64,000 nucleotides of DNA from Natrialbaceae archaeon (GCA_003559215.1 PWMF01000164.1:11500-75499), one strand, 5' to 3'; shown: positions 53,363 through 63,553, counted from the stretch's first letter. Notes: generated from the sequence alone by a model not told the origin. Made by a program: numbers and translations.

Positions 53363-53952
53363 AGGCAGGGGCGCGGGCGCTCGGCGTCGCCGAGTCGTTC
53401 CGCGGCGAATCGGACACCCCGAGTGAGTGGTGTCGGAGTACGGTCGCCGGTACCGTCGTCCGTGCCGACCGCGTTCTGGACGGCGTCGGCTACCGCAGGT
53501 GTACCGTGGGTGACACCGATGCGACCGAGGCCGTCTGTCGGCTCGTCGACGACCTCGGTCGCCCCGACGTTCGGTACGTGCTGATCGGCGCCGTCGCACC
53601 CGCCTGGTACAACGTTCTCGATCTTTCGGCGGTACACGAACGCGCCCAGCGACCGGTTCTCGCGGTTACCTTCGAGGAGAGTAAGGGGCTCGAGGCCGGC
53701 CTCGAGGACGCCTTCTCCGGAGCGGCGCTCGAGGAGCGCCTCGAGCGGTATCGCCGGCTTCCCGAGCGACGCCCCGTTTCGGTCAACGATGAAACGGTCT
53801 ACGTTCGCAGCGTCGGCCTCGAGTCGGGCGAGGCGGCCGACGTCGTCCGCGACTTTACCCCCGAGGGCGGGCGTCCGGAGCCGATTCGGGTCGCCCGACA
53901 GGCCGCTCGAGCGGCCGACGCGTACGCGGACTCGCTCACCGTCGGCGAGTGA
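53359..53952 (+). CDS. DUF99 family protein (endonuclease V-like fold)
   Basis: GDTDAT, AWYNVLD, PEPIRVA; ATGA overlap with the upstream gene. Confidence 0.85.
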   Translation: MKAGARALGVAESFRGESDTPSEWCRSTVAGTVVRADRVLDGVGYRRCTVGDTDATEAVCRLVDDLGRPDVRYVLIGAVAPAWYNVLDLSAVHERAQRPVLAVTFEESKGLEAGLEDAFSGAALEERLERYRRLPERRPVSVNDETVYVRSVGLESGEAADVVRDFTPEGGRPEPIRVARQAARAADAYADSLTVGE

Positions 53953-54043
53953 GGCCGCCGTCAGCGGCCGGCCGTCGGTCCTCGATCGTCGACCGGCAGC
54001 TGCGACCCGAAAGGCGTAGTAGGAAGCCGTCTGAGGGACGGCT

Positions 54044-54640
54044 ATGGGAACGATGGAGGATCTCTGTGTTACCGAGTGTACCCGGTGTCCGAAACTCGTC
54101 GAGTCGCGGAGTCGGATCGTCAACGGCACCGGTCCAGAGGACGCCGACGTGCTGTTCGTCGGCGAGGGCCCCGGCGCGCGAGAGGACGAGCAGGGCGAGC
54201 CGTTCGTCGGCCGGAGCGGATCCGTGCTCGACGAACAGCTGCGAACGGTCGGTCTGGACCGCGACACCGTCCGGATCACCAACTGCGTGCGCTGTCGCCC
54301 CCCGGAGAACCGCGACCCGACGAAAGCTGAACTCGAGAACTGCCGGGGCTACCTCGAGACGGAAATCGATCGGCTCGAGCCGGACGTGATCGTCACGCTC
54401 GGGAAGGTGCCGACCGAACACCTGCTCGAGCGATCGGTGTCGGTAACGAAGGAGGCCGGCTCCGTCGAGGAGGTCCGCATCGAGGGAACGCCGCGTCGAC
54501 TGTTGATCTGTGTCCACCCCGCGGCGACGCTGTACGACCGAAGCCAGGAGGAGACGTTCGCGGACGCCCTCCAGCGCGCTGCGGAACTCGCGGACGTCGA
54601 CGGAACTGGGGGCGGACAGACCCGCCTCGACGGGTTCTGA
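54044..54640 (+). CDS. udg: Uracil-DNA glycosylase (family 4, Fe-S)
   Basis: CTRC, GEGPG..ED..G.PFVGRSG, CRPPENRDP, HPAATLY. Confidence 0.95.
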   Translation: MGTMEDLCVTECTRCPKLVESRSRIVNGTGPEDADVLFVGEGPGAREDEQGEPFVGRSGSVLDEQLRTVGLDRDTVRITNCVRCRPPENRDPTKAELENCRGYLETEIDRLEPDVIVTLGKVPTEHLLERSVSVTKEAGSVEEVRIEGTPRRLLICVHPAATLYDRSQEETFADALQRAAELADVDGTGGGQTRLDGF

Positions 54641-54687
54641 CGCGTCCGCTCTGTCTCGATAGTTTCAGAGGGGCTTCGAGAGGGTGC

Positions 54688-54887
54688 TTGCGGTGGCGCG
54701 CGCTGTCGAGGTGTCCGAGCGACAGCGAGGTTCCCTCGACGACGCCGTGTGAGGTCTTCGCGAGTAACACGAGCGAATGGCTTGCAGAGCGTGCTCTGCC
54801 AGGGGATGAGTGATCGAACGGGAGGAACGATCCGTGAGCGAACGAATCAGCTGGGGAGGACGTGGAAACTCCCCGTCATCGGTGTGA
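54688..54887. repeat. Structured intergenic repeat, copy 2 (MITE/REP-like)
   Basis: Same terminal and internal conserved blocks as 16563-16762; same 200-bp span. Confidence 0.75.
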
Positions 54888-55029
54888 ACAGATGCTCGAG
54901 GTCAAGACAACGTTGTGCGACATCGGGGCGATACCGAGGAAACAACGCTGTGCGCCAGCCGGCAGTCAGCAGTCGGCTCCAACGGGACGATCACGCCTTC
55001 GATTTTCGGCACCGGGGAGATTCCGCTCC

Positions 55030-55386
55030 CTACACCTCGTCGCGGTCCGTAAACGAGTAACGCCGCGCGATCGCCCCGTCCTCGAACTCGTGGAAATCCG
55101 CGAAGGCGAAGGCGACGTCCTCCCCGCCCTGCCGGCCGGTGAACGAGCCCCGAACCGCGACCGTGTCACTGTCGACGACCAGATCGTCGACCTCGTGGTT
55201 GCCTTCCTCGAGCGGACGCCCCTCGAGGTAGAACTCCCGGAGCTCCTCTCGGCCCTCGATCGCGCCCTGCCCCGGACGCTCGTAGCGAACGTCCTCGGCG
55301 AACAGCGCGACGAGATCGTCGTAGCGTTCGTCGTCGACGGCATCGTAGTAGTTCCGTACCACGGTTTCCGGATCGGCTTCGACCAT
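55030..55386 (-). CDS. SnoaL/NTF2-like protein
   Basis: VRNYYDAVD, YERPG, VAVRGSF, FADFHEF. Confidence 0.88.
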   Translation of the reverse strand: MVEADPETVVRNYYDAVDDERYDDLVALFAEDVRYERPGQGAIEGREELREFYLEGRPLEEGNHEVDDLVVDSDTVAVRGSFTGRQGGEDVAFAFADFHEFEDGAIARRYSFTDRDEV

Positions 55387-55618
55387 AGGGGAAGCTACGG
55401 ACGGTGCGGGTAGTAACTCCTGGGTTCGCGCTCGGGCGTCGGGCCGATCGCCGGTTCGGCTCGAGTCGGGTGGTTCGGATTGGATGGGGTAGCTCGAGTC
55501 AGCTGTTTCGGCTCGGACGGTTTGGTTCGCCCTTTCTGTGCGGCGTTTCGAGCGGCTCCGAGCGCCGAGAACTGCGCGAATGACAATACACTTCTTTCCG
55601 CCCCACCGAAGTCAGAGC

Positions 55619-56338
55619 ATGAGCACCGTCACGTCCGACCAGCAGCAGTCGCTCGCCGACGTCGTAGTCGTCGACTACGGCCTCGGCAACCTCCGCAGCG
55701 TCACCCGCGGGCTCGAGCGCGCGGGCGCCGACGTCGAGATTACCGACGATCCCGAGGCATTCGCCGACGCCGACGGGGTCGTCCTGCCCGGCGTGGGCGC
55801 GTTCCGCGAGGGGATCGAGAACGCAGACCCGCTCCGAGAGGACTTGCTCGAGGTCGCCGACTCCGGCACGCCGCTGTTCGGGATCTGTCTCGGAATGCAG
55901 ATGCTGTTGACGACCAGCGAGGAGGGGGCGAACGAGGGCGAGTCGGCCGTCCAAGGACTCGACCTGATCCCCGGAACGAACGTCCGCTTCGCCGAAGGCC
56001 AGAAGGTCCCCCACATGGGCTGGAACCAGCTGTCACTCGAGCGCGACCACCCGCTCGTGGCAGGAGTCGACGGCGTTGAATCGGAAACCCAACGAGAAGA
56101 CGGATCCGCCAGCGGCGGATCCGTCGACGGCCGATACGCCTATTTCGTCCACTCCTACTACGCAGTCCCCGACGACGAGGACGCTGCGGTGGCGACGACC
56201 GACTACGAACTCGACTTCCCCTCGATCGTCGCTAACGAAGCCGGCAACGTCTTTGGTACCCAGTTCCACCCCGAGAAGAGCGGCGAGACGGGACTGAGAA
56301 TCCTGCGGAACTTCGTCGAGATCTGTAGCGAGGAGTAG
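55619..56338 (+). CDS. hisH: Imidazole glycerol phosphate synthase glutaminase subunit
   Basis: DYGLGNLRSV, LPGVGAF, GICLGMQ, VPHMGWN, YFVHSY, QFHPEKS. Confidence 0.97.
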   Translation: MSTVTSDQQQSLADVVVVDYGLGNLRSVTRGLERAGADVEITDDPEAFADADGVVLPGVGAFREGIENADPLREDLLEVADSGTPLFGICLGMQMLLTTSEEGANEGESAVQGLDLIPGTNVRFAEGQKVPHMGWNQLSLERDHPLVAGVDGVESETQREDGSASGGSVDGRYAYFVHSYYAVPDDEDAAVATTDYELDFPSIVANEAGNVFGTQFHPEKSGETGLRILRNFVEICSEE

Positions 56339-56398
56339 CGATCCGGGACTCGCGATCGCGAGTAACGTTTTAAGATCGTTCGCACGCCACTGCGAGTC

Positions 56399-57232
56399 AT
56401 GTATGCCATTCTCACCGACGATCGGGATCTCGCTCGAGCCGGGATCGGCGATCGGAGCTACTACTTCACGGAGTACGTCGACGGACGACAGCAGGAGCCA
56501 CTCGAGGGGACGATCAGCTCCGTCGCCTGCTGGGGTGACACGGCGACAGTCCACGACGAACCCGAGCGGGCGGCCGTCGACGCCGACGGGACACGGGCCA
56601 CCCCCGACGCCAAGGGCCACCACTGGGGCACCGTCTGTCCGACCGATCCCGACTATCGCGAGGGGCTGCTCGAGCGAATCGGACGGCTCGAGGGCGACAT
56701 TCGGCTAACGACGCTCGGCTTTCCCGGGCCGGAGTTCTGTCGGTGCGAGCGCTGCGAGCGGCGGTTCGCCGCGAGCGGTCGCGACGCGCGCGACGCGTGG
56801 CGAGCCGACGTCCTCACGGCCTTTGTCGCAGAGGCGGCGAGCCGGGCCGACGGCGACCTGACCGCGACGCTGTACCCGGATCCCTATCCGGGGAACCTCC
56901 GGGAACGCGCGGGACTCGATCCGGAAACGCTCGCGACCCACGTCGACGGCTTTCTCGTCCCGCTCTGTGATCCCGGCTACGGGACGAGCTACTGGGTCGA
57001 GTCGCTGGCCCGCGGGTTCGCCCGACGGCTCGTCGACTGCGGAGTCTCGCTTTCGATCCAGCTTTCGGGAGCGGAGATCGACCCCGAGCGGCTCGCTGAC
57101 GTCACCCGACAGGTTCGGTCCCATGCCGACGAGATCGTCTACGGTACGTACCCTGAAGATGCTGAGACGGTTCGAGAGACGATTGATCGGCTCCGGGAAC
57201 GCAACGTTCCCGATCCCACTCGTGAGGTGTGA
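56399..57232 (+). CDS. Hypothetical protein, glycoside-hydrolase-like TIM barrel with Cys motifs
   Basis: VCPTDPDYR, FCRCERC, VDGFLVPL; TTTTAAG box about 25 bp upstream. Confidence 0.7.
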   Translation: MYAILTDDRDLARAGIGDRSYYFTEYVDGRQQEPLEGTISSVACWGDTATVHDEPERAAVDADGTRATPDAKGHHWGTVCPTDPDYREGLLERIGRLEGDIRLTTLGFPGPEFCRCERCERRFAASGRDARDAWRADVLTAFVAEAASRADGDLTATLYPDPYPGNLRERAGLDPETLATHVDGFLVPLCDPGYGTSYWVESLARGFARRLVDCGVSLSIQLSGAEIDPERLADVTRQVRSHADEIVYGTYPEDAETVRETIDRLRERNVPDPTREV

Positions 57233-57320
57233 TTTGACGATCGTTTCGGAATTGCTGGATTCGAGTTCCGGTTTCGAACGTGTCCTCGAGTAGAACTGGA
57301 GAGGTGGAATCCCGAAGAGA

Positions 57321-58515
57321 CACACCCCGCGTTGCCGCTGTATAGCGTCCGAGAGGAGGGCGGGGGTTAGAGGGGGACCGGGCGGTCGGTTCGCCACAGA
57401 TGTCCGGTTCTCGATCAGAGGTCCGGCTATGTCGATGGACTATCCGACAGTCCATCAGATCATGCTGCGGCAGTTCCATCGGATCACGCAAGTTTGCCGG
57501 TGTTAGAATGCATAGCCGGAGAGTAGTGATATCCCGTTCGAAGGAGTCGGCCGCAGAATCGGAGCGAGTCACCCATAGAATCGGGGCGAGTCACCCGCAG
57601 AATCAGGGCGAATCGTCCGAGAATCGAATCGAATCGTCTGCGGGATCGGATCGGCTGAACGGCCTCCGAACCGAACTGACTGGTCGCTACTTAGTCAATC
57701 TTTTTCCCGCCCCAATGAAGACCACCACTATTAAATACCATTACTGATTTAAAGTCCAGTAGCTATATCGAACGGAAGTTAGATGGGCAATCGAACGGCA
57801 ACCGGTTCCGGTCGAAACCGACGTCTCGAGATCCGCCTCGTCCCGTCCGATCGCGCCTGCTTCTACCATCCTTCCAGCCGTTCGGTCGTCCCCCTCTCTC
57901 CTGCCGTACTTCCCGTCGTTGCTGTCTGTTCCCTCCGTCTTCTGATCTTTCGTATCGTCACCTTCCAACCCTCCCATCTCTCGTCCCACCCACCGTTTCG
58001 GCTCCCCATCCCTTCTCTCCGTTACAGCGGCAACGCGGGGTGTGTGTGTATCTATACAGCGGCACCGAGGGGTGAAGATCAAGGTCTTAATAGGCTCTAT
58101 CCGAGGATGTGAACCCATACAGAAGAACTCCGGTGTGTTCGCGATCGAACGTCACCCGACGTGATCCCGTTCCGCCGACCTCGTTTGCCGATACAGCGGC
58201 ACCGAGGGGTGTCCTCGAGGCCGCCGTGTCCGTCACCGGCTCACCGTACTCAGCCCCAACTTGCCGTACCCGGCACCGACTCCAGAACCGACCCACCGTC
58301 CCTAGAATCGACTCCCCACGAGAGCCCGTCCTCATACAGCGGCACCGAGGGGTGTCTCCTCGAGCGTAGTTTCCGGTCGACAGACTACGGGAGACACACT
58401 CATACAGCGGCACTCCGGAGTCCCCGAACGGCCTATACAGCGGCATCGAGGGGTGTCGTTCCCGTTTCTTAGAACGCAACGCAACGAAACCAAGGGAATT
58501 ACAGCGGCAATCCGG
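57321..58515. other. Probable replication origin (ORB-like repeats plus AT-rich DUE) adjacent to orc1/cdc6
   Basis: TACAGCGGCA.CG.GGGGTG boxes at 58023, 58053, 58191, 58334 and 58435, partial boxes at 58402 and 58499, one inverted copy at 57321-57344; AT-rich 57690-57785. Confidence 0.8.
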
Positions 58516-58561
58516 TTCCGAACGTTTACAAGCCACCCCTCCCGATAGTCGGAGTAGCTGA

Positions 58562-59761
58562 ATGTCGGACTCGATGGACTACTTCGGCAGCGAAACCGAG
58601 ATCTTCCGGAACAAGGAGCTGCTGCAGGTGTCACACCTCCCCGACGGCGACCGCATCATCGGTCGCGAGGACGAGCTGACGAACCTCGCGAACGCGATCA
58701 AACCGGCCACGCGGGGGAACACGCCGAACAACGTCCTCGTCTACGGGAAGACCGGGACCGGCAAGTCGCTGTGTTCGAAGTTCATCACGAACCAGGCGAT
58801 CGACCGTGCCGAGGGCAACGACGTCTCGATCGGAGTCGCCTACGTCGACTGTCTTCAGGAGTCGACCGAGACTCAGGCCGTCCAGTCGACGGCCCACCAG
58901 CTCAACGATCAGCCCGAGACGGGAATCTCGATACCCCATTCGGGGCTGAGCACCGCCGAGTACTATCGGCGGCTCTGGCGGATCGTCGATACCGAGTACG
59001 ACGTCGCGCTGATCATCTTAGACGAGGTCGACAAGATCGAGGACGACGACATCCTAATGCAGCTCTCACGGGCGGTCGAATCCGGCAAGCTCACCGACAG
59101 CACCGTCGGCGTCATCGGCATCTCGAACAAGGTCCGATACAAGGACTCGCTGGACGAGCGGATAAAATCGAGTCTCTGCGAGCGCGAGTACGTCTTCTCG
59201 CCGTACGACGCCTCACAGATCCGTGAGATCCTGCGCTCGCGATCCGACGCCTTCCACGACGGCGTCCTCGAGGACGGCGTCGTCCCTCGCGTCGCCGCCC
59301 TCGCCGCGCGCGAACACGGCGACGCGCGTAAGGCGATCGACATCCTGCGTTTTGCCGGCGAGATCGCCGAAGAGGACGACCTCGAGGCGGTCACCGAGGC
59401 CTGCGTCGACCACGCCCACGAGCGTGAGGAGACCAGTCGGCTGGCCGAACTCATCTCGAAGAGCCCGAGCCACGCGAAGCTCGTCCTCGAGGCGATGGCG
59501 CTTTTGACCCAGCAGAAGGAAGGCGAGGACGCCCCGGTGACGACCAACGAAGCCTACGACCTCTACAAGCGGCTTTGCGATCGAGACCGTTCGGATCACC
59601 TGAAACTCCGCCGGGTACGGGACATCCTCTCGGAGCTCGAGTTCCTCTCGATCATCGAACAGGAGCGCAAGTGGGCGGGCAAGGGAAAGGGCAACTACAT
59701 GGAAAACCGGCTGATCGACGATCCGGAGGTCATCATCGCGGCCTGTAACGAGTCTGACTAG
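58562..59761 (+). CDS. cdc6: Orc1/Cdc6 replication initiator
   Basis: IIGREDE, YGKTGTGKS, ILDEVD, FSPYDA, HGDARKAIDIL, C-terminal winged helix. Confidence 0.96.
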   Translation: MSDSMDYFGSETEIFRNKELLQVSHLPDGDRIIGREDELTNLANAIKPATRGNTPNNVLVYGKTGTGKSLCSKFITNQAIDRAEGNDVSIGVAYVDCLQESTETQAVQSTAHQLNDQPETGISIPHSGLSTAEYYRRLWRIVDTEYDVALIILDEVDKIEDDDILMQLSRAVESGKLTDSTVGVIGISNKVRYKDSLDERIKSSLCEREYVFSPYDASQIREILRSRSDAFHDGVLEDGVVPRVAALAAREHGDARKAIDILRFAGEIAEEDDLEAVTEACVDHAHEREETSRLAELISKSPSHAKLVLEAMALLTQQKEGEDAPVTTNEAYDLYKRLCDRDRSDHLKLRRVRDILSELEFLSIIEQERKWAGKGKGNYMENRLIDDPEVIIAACNESD

Positions 59762-60114
59762 AGCAGCTCGCGGACGTCTGAGTACCACATGTCGTGGTAG
59801 TCGACGTGGCCGACCCGGCGGGCGATCGCCACCGCGAGGGCGTGCCAGCAGAGTTCGGTCGGATCGTCGTCATCTAAGTTGTACTCGCTGTCCTTGCAGG
59901 TACAGCCGCCGTCCTCGACGATGTACTCGTCGTCGTAGCCGACGACGATCGTGAAATCGCGGTAGGACTTGACGCGGTGTTCGCCGACCGCCTCTATGGC
60001 GCGAACCCCGCGGTCGCCGTGGAGCGTCGAGATCTGGTCGACGACCTCCGGCGTAAGCTCGCCGGTCTCCTCGAGCCGGGCCTGCCAGCGCTCGACGGGG
60101 TTCGCTTCCGACAC
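59758..60114 (-). CDS. SWIM zinc-finger protein
   Basis: CTCKD ... LCWHALA; GTG start assumed at 60114. Confidence 0.85.
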   Translation of the reverse strand: MSEANPVERWQARLEETGELTPEVVDQISTLHGDRGVRAIEAVGEHRVKSYRDFTIVVGYDDEYIVEDGGCTCKDSEYNLDDDDPTELCWHALAVAIARRVGHVDYHDMWYSDVRELL

Positions 60115-60300
60115 GTCCGAGACTCGGGAACGGACCGTCAAATCGGTTTGGTTGTTCGTTCGGGCCGATCGGGGACCGTCTCGAGCATCGATCGATATCG
60201 TCCCCTCTGTCGACGAGAGAACGCGGGTTCCCGTCGACGGAAGCGTCGCTCGGCGTCCAAAAGAACTCGAGAAGGATCTTCGACGTGCGGGACGGACGTG

Positions 60301-60876
60301 CTACTCGTCGTCCGCCTCGCCCTCGTCGTCGCCGCCTTCGTCGTCCGCGTCATCCTCGTCGTCCGCCTCGCCCTCGTCGTCAGTCTCCTCCTCCCCTTCG
60401 TCGTCGTCGGCTTCCTCTTCGCCGTCTTCGTCGGCCGCCTCTTCCTCGTCCTCGATCTCGGAGTCGGGCGTCGCGCCCTCGAGGACGAGCGTCTCCTCCT
60501 CGTCTTCGTCCTCCTCGAGCGTGACGGTCTCTTCGACGTCGTCGAACTCGCCGTCCTCGCTTTCGGCGGTGATCGTGTACTCGCCCTCGTGGATGAGGTT
60601 GACGTCGGAGAGTTCGCCGTCCTCGATCCCCTCGGCGTAGGTGGAGCTATAGTCCTCCTCCTCGTGTTCGATCAAGACGCTGAACCCGGTCGAAACTGGC
60701 TCGCCGTCCTCGGTCTCGAAGGAAAGCGTGAGAGCGCCGGGGTCGTCCGTCTCGAACATCTCGTCGTCGCCGTTTTCGGCGTCGTCATCGTCGTCCGAAC
60801 AGCCGGCGAGACCGACCGCGGTCAGGGCCGCAGCGGTCGTTGTGAACTGCCGGCGGGAGAGCGGTTGTCGTTCCAT
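60301..60876 (-). CDS. Tat lipoprotein with very acidic C-terminal tail
   Basis: LSRRQF...LAGC lipobox, short beta-sandwich domain, D/E-rich tail. Confidence 0.85.
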   Translation of the reverse strand: MERQPLSRRQFTTTAAALTAVGLAGCSDDDDDAENGDDEMFETDDPGALTLSFETEDGEPVSTGFSVLIEHEEEDYSSTYAEGIEDGELSDVNLIHEGEYTITAESEDGEFDDVEETVTLEEDEDEEETLVLEGATPDSEIEDEEEAADEDGEEEADDDEGEEETDDEGEADDEDDADDEGGDDEGEADDE

Positions 60877-61018
60877 ACGATATCAAGTTCGGTTCCTCGT
60901 GATAAACTTTCAGATTGCCTACCTATTGAGTATCGATACCATCCACCACTCCCGTCGAGAGCCGACGGATCCAGCGGAAGATCACGCGCTTTTTCGACCT
61001 CCGCCGACGAGAGACGGT

Positions 61019-62134
61019 ATGCGCGTCACCGAGGGTGGGATCGAACTCGAGGTCCCGGGCGAACAGACCGAAGGGATCGAGGAGTCGGTGTTCTACAACC
61101 CGCGTCAGGAACTGAATCGAGATCTGACGATCGCAACGCTTCGGGCCTACCGCGAGCGCGAACCCCGTGCCAAGTCGTACCTCGACGCGATGACCGCGAG
61201 CGGCGTTCGCGGGACGCGAGCCGCCGCGGACGGCTGGGACGTCTCGTGCTGTGACGTCGACGAGGAGGCGGTCTCGCTCGCCCGCGGGAACCTCGAGCGA
61301 AACGACTGCGAGGCGACCGTCGTCAACCGCGACGTCAACGCCCTCATGCACGAGGACGTCTTCGACGTGATCGATCTCGACCCCTACGGGACGCCGATGC
61401 CCTTCGCCGACGCCGCCTTCGCGAACTGCCGGGATCTCGTCTGCGTGACCGCGACTGATACGGCACCGCTGTGTGGCGCTCACTTCAACAGCGGCGTCCG
61501 ATCCTACTCTGCAGTTCCCCGGAACACGGACTACCACGCCGAGATGGGCGTCCGGATCCTGCTGTCGGCGCTCGCGAGAAGCGCGGCCCGCTTCGACGTC
61601 GGCGTCGAGCCGATCCTGACCCACGCGACGAGTCACTACGTCCGAACCTACCTCGAACTCGAGCACAAACCGACCGCAGCCGACGCCGCCCTCGAGGAGC
61701 TGGGCTACCTCTCGCACTGCGAGGACTGTCTGTACCGCGAGGCGACTCCGGGACTGATCGCCGACCCGCTCGAGCGGTGTCCGCACTGCGACGGCACCCG
61801 GATCCTCGTCGCCGGCCCGGTCTGGCTCGGCCCGATCCGCGACCGGGCGTTCGTCGCCAACGTTCGCGAGCGAGTACCCGAGTCGTTCGGCACCGCCGAG
61901 AAGGCTCGAGAGCTGTGCGAGACCCTCAAGGCCGAACTCGACGAGCCGACCCACTACGACCAGCACAAGCTCTGTCGCAACTGGGGGCTGCCCGCCAACG
62001 CGATGGACGATTTCCTTGGAGACCTGCGGGAAGCCGGCTACGACGCCTCGAGAGCCCACTACGGCGGCACGACGTTCAAGACCGACGCTTCGGTCGGGGA
62101 GATCCGGGCGGCGACCGCGGACTCGCTCGAGTAG
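61019..62134 (+). CDS. trm1: tRNA (guanine26-N2)-dimethyltransferase
   Basis: [47 protein letters not shown]. Confidence 0.96.
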   Translation: MRVTEGGIELEVPGEQTEGIEESVFYNPRQELNRDLTIATLRAYREREPRAKSYLDAMTASGVRGTRAAADGWDVSCCDVDEEAVSLARGNLERNDCEATVVNRDVNALMHEDVFDVIDLDPYGTPMPFADAAFANCRDLVCVTATDTAPLCGAHFNSGVRSYSAVPRNTDYHAEMGVRILLSALARSAARFDVGVEPILTHATSHYVRTYLELEHKPTAADAALEELGYLSHCEDCLYREATPGLIADPLERCPHCDGTRILVAGPVWLGPIRDRAFVANVRERVPESFGTAEKARELCETLKAELDEPTHYDQHKLCRNWGLPANAMDDFLGDLREAGYDASRAHYGGTTFKTDASVGEIRAATADSLE

Positions 62135-62245
62135 CCTGCCGCTCGCTTCCGCTCGTCTCGAATCGCATCCGCACGTGCCGTCTTCGCGGGCGCTGCAGGC
62201 CAGTGCCACCCACTGCATATTTAGCCACGGGCCGAACGCTTCCCC

Positions 62246-63553
62246 GTGCTCGATTCCAGCCGCGCGCTCGAACTCGGAACACGGCTCGTTCGACTGGCCC
62301 GCCAGGAGCAGCTGACGCTTCTGGCGGCCGGGGTCGCCTTCTACGCGTTTCTCTCGCTCGCGCCGCTTGCATTGCTCTCGCTGGCGCTTGCGGCCTCGGT
62401 CGGCGGAGAGGCGCTCGCAGCGCAGGTAACCGACACGACCGACGACGTGCTGACGCCGTCGGCCCAGGCGCTCCTCGCCGAGACCATCGTGGACGAGGCG
62501 GGTCAACAGGGAGCGACCGTCGTCGGAGCGCTCGGCCTGCTCTGGGGCTCGAGCCGCGTGTTTCGAGGTCTCGATCGTGCGTTCTCGTCGGTGTACGGCA
62601 CCGTCGACTCGAAGTCGCTGCTCGATACGTTCTGGGACGCGACGATCGTCGCCGTCGCGATCGTAATCGGGCTCGCGATCGTCACCGGTATCGAAGTGGC
62701 GGTTCGGTTCGTCCCGTTTACCGGGCAGTTCGTCCTCGGCCCGCTGTTCGTTCTGCTGGGACTGATCGCCGCGTTCCTGCCGCTGTACGTGATCTTTCCG
62801 GACGCGGACGTCGACGTTCGCGAGGCGCTTCCCGGAACGCTCCTCGCGGCGGTGGGATGGTTCGTCCTCAGTCGCGCGTTCTCGCTGTACGCGGACCTCG
62901 CCGGACAGTACGCCGTCTACGGTGCTCTCGGTGCCGTCTTTCTCGTTCTCGTCTGGCTGTACGCCGGGGCGATCATCCTCGTCTTCGGGGCGACGCTCAA
63001 CGCGGTGCTCGCGGATCGGGAACTGGATCGGCAGCTACAAAGTCCCCGCCCTCGACAGCTTTCGACAGAAGCGATGACTGATGACGCCACGGGTGCCGAC
63101 GAGGGGACCACGAGAGATCGTCCGGATCCGGACGACACGGATCGTACGAGGACGTACTCGAGCGCCCGCACTCGGGATCGGGCGGACGACGCTGACGCGC
63201 TCCGCGAGGAGATCGAGCGGCTCCGCGACCGAGTCGACGAGTTCGAGACGTCGGTCGAGCGCCGTACCGTCGAGAAGGAGTCGCTCCAGGCCGAACTCAA
63301 GCGGTACGTCCGTCGTCGGGTGCGACGTGGCCACGCCCACGGCTGGGGTCCGTACCTCGTCTTACTGTACGGAACGGCGATGTCGATCGCGGCGTTTTAC
63401 TTCTTGGCGGGAGGCTGGGCGATCCTGGCGATGCTGGTCGTCTGGACCTCGACGCTCGGGCTGTACGTCCTGATGGTGCTGCTCGGTGCCGGGCTCACCG
63501 TCCTCGGCGTTCCCGGTCGCCTTCGGAACGCGATCGGAGAGCGACGCTCCTAA
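62246..63553 (+). CDS. YihY/BrkB family membrane protein with C-terminal coiled-coil and TM extension
   Basis: AAGVAFYAFLSLAP, YGALGAV.LVLVWLY, GATLN. Confidence 0.9.
   Translation: MLDSSRALELGTRLVRLARQEQLTLLAAGVAFYAFLSLAPLALLSLALAASVGGEALAAQVTDTTDDVLTPSAQALLAETIVDEAGQQGATVVGALGLLWGSSRVFRGLDRAFSSVYGTVDSKSLLDTFWDATIVAVAIVIGLAIVTGIEVAVRFVPFTGQFVLGPLFVLLGLIAAFLPLYVIFPDADVDVREALPGTLLAAVGWFVLSRAFSLYADLAGQYAVYGALGAVFLVLVWLYAGAIILVFGATLNAVLADRELDRQLQSPRPRQLSTEAMTDDATGADEGTTRDRPDPDDTDRTRTYSSARTRDRADDADALREEIERLRDRVDEFETSVERRTVEKESLQAELKRYVRRRVRRGHAHGWGPYLVLLYGTAMSIAAFYFLAGGWAILAMLVVWTSTLGLYVLMVLLGAGLTVLGVPGRLRNAIGERRS

Noticed and set aside
58023-58515. Repeated ~22-bp units as a CRISPR array
   Set aside because: Spacing is irregular (about 30-140 bp), one copy is inverted, no cas genes are present and cdc6 is adjacent; the pattern fits ORB elements
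57400-58536. Short ORFs in the hypothetical-cdc6 intergenic region
   Set aside because: Non-acidic translations that simply read through the ORB repeats; no coding signature
60301-60540. TCG/TCC-rich repetitive DNA as a microsatellite
   Set aside because: Explained by the Asp/Glu-rich tail of the lipoprotein on the minus strand
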